Below, piece by piece: positions 39,601 to 49,128 of a stretch of DNA of 64,000 nt (its first letter is position 1; the number at the start of each line of letters is the position of its first letter). The notes beneath the pieces are model-generated. The model was not told the DNA's origin. It did not search any database and was given only the letters and a program-made list of their open reading frames with translations. Where the stretch lies: assembly GCF_006345805.1 (NCBI RefSeq), contig NC_043004.1, forward strand, positions 103,292,001-103,356,000. Direction: 5' to 3'. Origin of the DNA: Octopus sinensis. Its lineage: Eukaryota. The position numbers and the translations under genes are program-made.

Positions 39601-42600
39601 AAAAAAAAGCAGCCTATAAACGATAATTCCTTCACTGTATATGCGTGAATTAAGAACCTTCTTCTGCAACCTCAAATAGATCAGAGCTTTGTGAATGGAA
39701 GACGGACACCGTTCTCTGAACTGTATTATAATACTTAACTTGACTTGACTTCGATGCGATCTCGTTTCAGTCGTCTTTGACTAATGAGTGAATTTTTATT
39801 TTTGTGATGAAAATTCAATAACAGAAATAATAGAAAATTTTAATGTGTCCAATGAGCTGGCGTTAAGATGTGATCAACCAATCAGCGGTCTATGGTTGTC
39901 TATAATAGTTTCTAACAAGCAACTAGATAGTTTTATATATTTTTTCACAAGTGCTGGGCGATTCCAACTCGTGATACAAACACAGACTGCGTTTTAAGTC
40001 AGATCAAACATTTTAATGTCTAACGACGATTTTACCGCTTTGATTGTTGACAATGGATCCGGCATTTCCAAAGCTGGATTTGCAGGAGCTAATTCGCCCT
40101 GTGTTGTATTTCCCTCCATCGTTGGTAGACCAAGACATCAAAGTACCATGGTCGGTATGGCTCACAAAGATTTCTACGTTGGAAACGAAGCCCAGAATAA
40201 AAGAGGCATCCTTTCTTTGAAATACCCCATTGAGCATGGTGTTGTTACCAACTGGGATGATATGGAGAAGATCTGGGAATATACCTTCTACAATGAGCTC
40301 CATGTTTCTCCCGAAGAACAACCTATTCTCCTCACAGAATCTCCTCTTAATCCTAAAGTTAACAGAGAAAAGATGACAGAGATCATATTCGAGACCTTCA
40401 AAGCTTCTGCAATGTATGTTGCAGTTCAATCTGTGTTGTCTCTGTATGCTTCTGGTCGTACCCTGGGTACTGTTATTGACTCCGGCGATGGAGTCACGCA
40501 CACGGTTCCCGTCTATGAAGGTTATGGCCTTCCCCATGCGGTGAACCGTTTGAATTTGGCTGGTCATGATCTTACTGATTACCTCGAGAAGATAATTACT
40601 GAGCGTGGTTACTTATTCACCACATCTGCCGAGAGAGAAATTGTTCGTGATGTCAAGGAGAAATTATGTTATGTTGCAGCTGACTTCGAAGAGGAGCTGG
40701 TTACAGCTGCCACTTCCGCTTCCCATGAAAAGAGCTACGAATTACCTGATGGTCAAATTATCACCATTGGTAATGAAATGTTTAGGTGTCCAGAATCTCT
40801 ATTTCAACCTTCCTTCTTGGGTATGGAATCTGATGGTATCCATAGGATCACATACGATTCCATTATGAAATGCGATGTTGATATCAGGAAAGATTTGTTC
40901 GCCAACATTGTCTTGTCCGGAGGTAGCACTATGTTTCCGGGCATTGCCGAAAGAATGCATAAAGAAATCACTTCCTTTAATCTTGGAACCTCGAAAGTCA
41001 AAATTGATGCTCCCCCAGCACGAAAATATTCCGCCTGGATAGGCGGCTCTATTTTAGCTTCCTTCTCTTCTTTCCAGCAAATGTGGATTGAAAAGGAAGA
41101 ATATATTGATTCCGGACCGTCTATTGTCCACCGCAAATGTTTCTAGGAAGTTTTTCTTTTTAGCCCTTTTGCAACAGCAAAATCGCAGAGTAAAATTTGA
41201 AAAGTATGAATTTCATCGATTGCATGCTTTGTTGCCATAGACTCATTAACAAAGCTCCCTCTTTGTGCTTGTGTTTGTGGAATCATTTTATTTTAGAAAA
41301 AAAAACTGGTTCATAATTTCGGAAAGCAACTCTAAATGTGCAAGAATAAGTTGGTAACATGGAACATATATCCGGTACGAAGGTTGTATGTCTCTTGAAA
41401 ACTAGACTAAGTTGTTAAAGATTTGGAAAAATTATTTTTAAATGACTTAATTTGTACTTTACGAAAAAGGACTATAAACGCACAGCAACCAAGATAATGA
41501 AAAACCACTTTTAACTGAAAAACCAACTGAAACATTGAATTACCTGAACTCCACTATATTGGTGATTTTTAATTTGGTTTAATTGTAAAACAAAGAATTT
41601 GCGCCGTAACGCAAAATTGATTGCAGCGAGGTTTCATGACACCAAGTGAAATGTCACAATTTAATTGTCTTTTTTTTAGTCCGTCTGGCCTTTCAGGTAC
41701 ATTTAGAGTAGCAACTTTTTCAAACATTCCGACTAAGTCTCTGGACGGATAATTCTCCTTTCAAAGTCCAACGAAATTCCAAACGTTTTATAGACAATAT
41801 TGAACGTGCGATGAGTAGGTTTCAATAACTAAAAGAAAAACATTTAATGCGTAGCTTAAGTCAAATATAGACAGTTTCCCCTCCTCAAAATTTTAATGTG
41901 TTTATGCTTTTCAGTTGTACACTTTTGGGTCTGTTATATAAACTTATATAAGGGCAGCAAACTCAAGGATTACCCTTGGAGGTACACATTTAAGCTACGC
42001 CACTGTAAATATGTGTGCGTGGCCTCCTTCAATTCTGAGTCCTGCGGTTTTTCTGAGCTTTGGAATTTCCTTCCAGGGCACTCTTCTGACCAAGGTCTTT
42101 CTGAAAAAAGGCAAGTCGTTGCCCCAGCATGGAAGAGTTCCCTCCTCATTGAACCGACGAAGTGCAATGGAAAAGCAAGGCCGATAAAGAATGACTCTTG
42201 CATCGTCATAAGAGTTGTCTTCAAAACGAAAAGCTACATTATAGCATCCTGTCCAACGTCCTGACAGTGCTTCCAATACATCACCTTGGATAGGTGCATT
42301 TTTATCGATCCCTGAAAGACAAAGTTGGCTTCGGTGAGATTTAAAATCGGAGTTTCAAAAGAAATATCGCAAGGCATTATATCTGATGCTCTGACGAGTC
42401 AACCAGCAGTCGCCCATGCATACCGGCCTCCCCTCTCCACGCCACCAGTGTTATCGAAGGGAAAGGCAAAGGCCGATACAGCTTGACACCTGTGACGTCG
42501 CAACTCATTTCTACAGCTGAGTGAACTGGAGCAACGTGAAATAGAGCTCAAGAACGCAGCCCGGTCCGGATTCGAACTCACAACCTCGCGATCGTAAGCT

Positions 42601-42802
42601 CGACGCTCTAACCACAGAGCCATGCGCCTTCACTATATATATAGTGTGGAATGATTAACAGTCGACAACTGAGGAGGGGTTAGACTTCTTGTGCTATTTT
42701 GTTCCGTACTTGTCTCTCATAATGTGTTTAGATATTATTCACTCGTTGGTGATGTCCTATACTTGATGTATTGTATTTTATCTCTCTCTCTCTCTCTCTC
42801 TA

Positions 42803-42888
<86 letters not shown>

Positions 42889-43193
42889 AGCAGTCATGGC
42901 TCTCTGGGTAAGAGGCTTATTTGCGACCACTTGATTTCGGTTTCAATCCCACTACGCGGTACATTGGAATGCCTGAGCCGACCAATATCTTGTGATGAAT
43001 TTGGTGGGCAGAAACTGTATGAAAGTCCATCGTAGGTGTGTGTGCCTTTATATTTGTTCTCCAGGCACTGTTTGGCGTTGATTTACGTCCCCGTAACTTA
43101 GCGGTTCAGCAAAAAAACACATAGAATAAGTACCAGACTTTTAAAAAAAAAGTACTGGTTGTTCAACTGTTTCAAGTCCACTGACTGAAACAA

Positions 43194-43229
<36 letters not shown>

Positions 43230-44336
43230 TAGCAGTATCGCCCGGCGTTGCTCAGGTTTGTAAGGGAAATAACTATAAAGCATTTTTAGAGAGTTATAGC
43301 CCAAAAATAGCAAAAAATGATGGTAAATTCTTTTTTTAGTTAAAAAAGGTGGAGTTGCGTCCCCTAGACAGTTTGCGATTTGTGTTTCCGATTCTCGACC
43401 CCATGTTGAATTTATCGATTAATTTCAATACTGGGGGAACTTTTCAAAATTTTCGCTGCGTTAGTTTTGAATTATGACATTGGGCTATGTGTGTGTCAAG
43501 TTTCATCAGAATCGGTTGAAAGCCGTGGTCAGGGTGAGGGTACAAGCAAACAGACACACAGAAACACGCACAGACAAACTGCCGTTTATATAGAGAGAGA
43601 TAACCACATGACCGGCCAGGCTATCAGATATTATACATCGCTAGTAACAATGCACTTTTGCATTGTTTTATCCTTCAGATAACACCACCTTGGTGGCTAG
43701 GCGAATCGAAAGGAGGACTGGAGCAACATGAAATTGAGTGTTTTGCTGAAGAAAACAACGCGCCAGCGAGTCAAATCCGCGATTGTGAGTGCAAAAGCCT
43801 AACCACTAGGCCACGCGCATTATATGCGTGTGTGTGTGTGTAGTGTTATACATAGCCACGCCTCAAGAAAGTAAATCAGTTACCGCATACCGAAACGCAG
43901 TTTCTTTACGCCGCCGTAATCTAATGGTTCGACAAAAGTGACCAATAGTATAAATACCAGGCTTTAAAAAAGTCCTGGGATCGATTTGTTCGACTAAAAA
44001 CATTTCCAGGTGGAGCTACGCCATGTCTACCACTTCCGTAACGCGAGCTGATGTAAGTTTTCTCGCTTGTCTAAGACTTCCAGGTGTTTTAACACCAGGC
44101 GAATTGATTAGAATATATTCTCTTACGCCTATAAATCGCAGTCTGCCCACGAACTGGCAAAACGCATACTTTGTGTACGTGTGTTCGATATTGTTTATAA
44201 AAGATATTGCTAACCAACCACATGGTTCCGGGTTCAGTCCCACTGCGTGGCACCTTGGGCATGTGTCTTCTGCTATAGCCCCGGGCCGACCAATGCCTTG
44301 TGAGTGGATTTGGTAGACGAAAACTGAAAGCCCGTC

Positions 44337-44412
<76 letters not shown>

Positions 44413-47400
44413 ATGTATGTCTGTCTGTGTTTGTCCCCCTAGCATTGCTTGACAACCGATGCTGGTGTGTTTACGTCCCCGTCACTTAGCGGTTCGGCAA
44501 AAGAGACCGATAGAATAAGTACTGGGCTTACAAAGAATAAGTCCCGGGGTCGATTTGCTCGACTAAAGGCGGTGCTCCAGCATGGCCGCAGTCAAATGAC
44601 TGAAACAAGTAAAGAGATCGTCTCAAATAATCGAATGTGTGGAATGTTCAATACACGTTGTAGATTATATGGATTCTCGAGACAATGTTTAACTTGTAAC
44701 TCGAACTTCGCACGTCAATGATCTGAAGTGGTATTGACAACTGAAGATTGCAGTAGCCTGAATTGAAACTCCAGTCACAAAATAAACATTTATTTTCAAT
44801 AACTCCTGTCAACTTACTATGTTCCATTAGTAACCATTCATAACATACTCTAAGAATCTATTTTGTTCTTTTGCAGGCTAAGACCGAAGGTGTAGCACTA
44901 GTCGTCACGGAATATCTGAATGACATGGAATGGTATCTTCCAGATCCAAGGTGAGATGTAGGATCATAGACTTCATTTGAACAATGTATGACTCGTTTGA
45001 ATCCTATTCAAAAAGAAACAAATGTGGAGTATCGTTAAGGACTATGAAATATGAAAAAATAAAAAATAAGTTATATATATATATTTTACTACCCACAAGG
45101 GGCTAAAACAAGGACAGACAAACGGATTAGGTCGATTGCATCGACTCCAGTGCGTAACTGGTACTTAATTTATCGACCCCGAAAGGATGAAAGGCAAAGT
45201 CGACCTCGGCAGGATTTGAACTCAGAACGTAACGGCAGACGAAATACGGCTACGCATTTCGCCCGGCGTGCTAACGTTTCTGCCAGCTCGCTGCCTTAGA
45301 ATGAATAAAAGTTATATATAAGGATCCAGTGGTAAACAAGCTATGAAAAATTGTTATTCGGAACAATTATTCAATTAGTAACGTTGGAACGAGACGAATT
45401 CGGATAAGTTCCTACACCGAGCTGAGACGAAGCTCAAACATTTTTCGTCTCTGGGCGACTTGCAAGCTGTTCTAAGGTACTTTTTTTTATCGACAAAGAC
45501 CGCTATAAGTTTCCTCGAGGACTAGGGTTTATTGTTTACTCTTTTAAAGTATCATCTTTATATATAATTTAAAACTAAAAACTATGAAGGTCTTTGAAAA
45601 TAATTAATTTAGTAAATTAAAAGTAATATGTAGCATATACAGATGGGACGTCAGAGATATATTAATGATTTCGAAGGCGGCGAGCTGGCAGAAACGTTAG
45701 CACACCGGACGAAATGCTTAGCGGTATTGCGTCTGTCGTTTCGTTCTGAGTTCAAATTACGCCGAGGTCGACTTTGCCTTTCATCCTTTCGGGGTCGATA
45801 AATTAAGTTCCAGTTACGCACTGGGGTCGATGTAATCGACTTAATCCGTTTGTCTGTCCTTGTTTGTCCCTTCTGTGTTTGGTCCCTTGTGGGCAATAAA
45901 GAAACATATATTAATGATTTCGAGAATTTCACAGCTATGGCTGTGCGGTGAGAAATTGCTTTGCAACCGCGTTGTTTCGGGTTCAGTTTCATTGTGCTGC
46001 ACCTACAGCTCTTATCTTCTACAGCTCCGGGCCGACCAATTCCTTGTGAGTAAATTTGGTTGAGAGAAACTGTGGAAGCCCGTTCTATTTGTGTTTGTGA
46101 AGGCGTGTGGCTTAATGATTAGGGTCTTCTGCTCAGGATCTTATGGTCGTTAGATGCCCGGCGGCATTTTGTGTCCTTGAGCAAGACACTTTATTTCACA
46201 TTGCCCCAGTCCACTCAGCTGGCAAAACGAGGTAGTACCTGTATTTCACAGTTCCGGCCCTGTCACATTCTGTGCCACGCTGAATCTCCCTGAGTACTGC
46301 ATTAAAGGTACTCGTGTCTGTGGAATGCTCAACCACTTGCACATTAATTTTAAGAGAGAGATTGTCCAAGTGATCGGATCGAATGAAACCCTTGTCGTTG
46401 TAACCGAAGAAGTGCCAGTGTGTGTGTGTGTGTGTGTGTGTGTGTTCGCATAAGCCTTCTCTCCATTTGCTAACCGTGTTACTTTACTATTATCAGTCCA
46501 GTAAAAGAGATCAATTGAATAAGTATCAGGTTTGAAAAATAAGTACCGGGCTCTGTTTGTTCGACTAACCCCTTCAGGGCGGAACCACAATGTAGTTGCA
46601 GTCCAATGACTGAAACGTGTAAAAGATTAATAAAAGAAATTCCTCTTCGTGTTTAGCTTGTCCAAAACACATTATCTTGTTCATACGCTACTTTATCTAC
46701 TTTTAAAAACTCACATTAGTAAATTCCTTTATGACTGACAACGAATAAGAATTAATGAGGTTAAGCAGAATGTTTAAGTATGGGATATTTCGTTTAACTA
46801 AACTAACTTTTATATTGGTTCCATAATTTGTCACACGGCCAACAGTTTGGGGGAAATCTGTAAATTGGTTAGAACTCAATGCTCAACTAATATTTATTTT
46901 ATCGACCCCCGAAAGGATGAAAAGTGAAATCGACCTTGGCGGAATTTGAACCCAGAACGTAAAGACGGACGAATGCCACTAAGCCCGGCCTGCTAACGAT
47001 TAAGCAAGCTCGTCCCCTTAACTAACTTTTCTATTAAAACGAATATTATTTGCAATGATTTACGAGATGCACTCAATGAAGTACACAGACATCAATACAA
47101 GTCATGTTTTCTTTATTTCCTATAAAAAGGATACATAGAGGGGACAAACAAGGACAGACAAGGAACATATAAGGGTCAGACACAGTCTTTACAAAAGATT
47201 AAAAACGCATGGGTTTATGGATATGTCTGACGGATGATATGAAGTAAAAAATATAGATGTTAATTTATCACTGTTTTTTCAGGTTAGTGAACTAACCCGC
47301 CGGTTGATTTCCTTTTTTGGTAATCCTCTCCGTCCCTTTATGCCTGGCCCGACCGTGCAAGTACGACTCCTTGTATTCTCACCTTTCTTACTACTTCCGT

Positions 47401-49092
47401 CCATCTTTTCCCAAATACTCTTGGCGGCAGACATCAATACAAGTCAGATTAATTCGTCACCACTGTTGTTCAACGCCGTTTTAAGGTCGCTCGGTAGCCT
47501 CATGGGTCCACATGCCCGATTCTGATTATCTATGCTTTCCTCAGAGCAATGGTTTTTCAGGGGGGGGGGTGCTGTAATGCTGCAAAGACAGCTCTGCTGC
47601 TGCTGTTGTTGTTTAAGAGAAGTTTCTTATTTGACCAAGAAAGGAAATAAAAATTTTCTCTTCACTTTTTAAACCAAACTAAATTCTGGTTTCATTGAAG
47701 TGTCTTATCCTTGGTTGCCCTCGACGTTGAGGTCAACGTTGTTGTTGCTTACTCCTAGTTAGGCTCTGATCGAGTAGACCTATGATCAAAGATGTTCCAT
47801 CCATGGCCAATACTTTAGAGTTATTTCATATCCAGGATGACATTATTCAATGTGTCCGTCTGTTTTAGAAACAGTAGTTTCATGTAAGGGAGAATATGCT
47901 GCTATTTCTACTAATGAGAAACATTTGACATGATGGGTCGATATGGTAGAAATAGCAGCTAAATTTCTCTAAAAGTACCGTAAATCCTCGAGTATAATCC
48001 GCATTTTTTCCCAAAATTTAAAGGTCAAAATCCCTAGTGCGTATTATGTACGAGGTTAAAAATGAAAAATATTTTCTAAGCAATGTCCGAGTCTCCATTT
48101 GCTGTCCGGCAATGTTTATTCAGACACATTTTGTGAAGTCGGGCGCGAAAATATCTTAAGCTAAGCCTGAAAGCAATGAGGTCATAAAAGAAACATCCAT
48201 AACTTGAAGTAAGCAACATTTATTAAACGTTATTACTGTTATTTCTTTATATTCTGCAAACAAAATGCACAAAAAAGCTACACGTTTGCATTATGTTATG
48301 TAGACCTCCTTACTCAAGTTAGAGAAGAGGTGCGTATTATACACAAGGTTTAGGTTTTTCAGAGGTACCCCCCTCTAAAAATCCCCTGCGTATTATATTC
48401 AAGGGCGGACTATACTCGAGGGTGGAGGCGCAATGGCCCAGTGGTTTGGGCAGCGGACTCGCGGTCATAGGATCGCGGTTTCGATTCCCAGACCGGGCGT
48501 TGTGAGTGTTTATTGAGCTAAAACACCTAAATCTCCACGAGCCTCCGGCAGGGGATGGTGGTGATCCCTGCTGCACTCTTTCACCACAACTTTCTCTCAC
48601 TCTTACTTCCTGTTTCTGTTGTACCTGTATTTCAAAGGGCCGGCCTTGTCACTCTCTGTGTCTCGCTGAATATCCCCGAGAACTACGTTAAAGGTGCACG
48701 TGTCTGTGGAGTGCTCAGCCACTTACACGTTAATTTCACGAGCAGGCTGTTCCGTTGATTCGGATCAACCGGAACCCTCATCGTCGTAACCGACGGAGTG
48801 CTTCCATACTCGAGGATTTACGATAACCTTACTGGCTAAAACAAGGATACATTGCATAATATATGTATTCTAAAAACTAAAAATAAAAGTGCTCATGATT
48901 AGGACGTGTTTTATCTGCAGACCACCACCTGTAGATCAAGGTTTATCTCAGACCAGACAGTAATATATATTTCGTTTAGAAAATCCTGAGATATCCAAAT
49001 ATTAATTTCGTAGAGAACACAGAAAAAAGAAAAAACAGGATGGAAAATATCTTCATTTTCTCCCCCACCCCCTCTATCTATATCTCTACATG

Positions 49093-49128
<36 letters not shown>

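Noticed and set aside
39952-40016. In-frame SPTLC1-actin fusion protein
   Set aside because: None of the candidate acceptors (39951, 39998, 40002) places the actin ATG in frame with the phase-0 donor at 36871.
40013-41136. Antisense and alternate-frame ORFs over the actin (184, 110 and 87 aa)
   Set aside because: Shadow ORFs expected opposite a coding sequence.
41290-41310. A9 run as a relic poly(A) tail of an actin retrocopy
   Set aside because: Short, no canonical poly(A) signal before it and no TSD found; such runs are common here. Retrogene origin rests only on the lack of coding introns.
45425-45452. GAGACGAA...TTCGTCTC stem as a ribozyme or terminator
   Set aside because: 8-bp stem with no CUGANGA/GAAA core; compatible with chance.
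48422-48500. tRNA-like sequences at SINE heads (all families)
   Set aside because: They have A/B boxes but no complete cloverleaf and continue into SINE bodies with TSDs; not tRNA genes.
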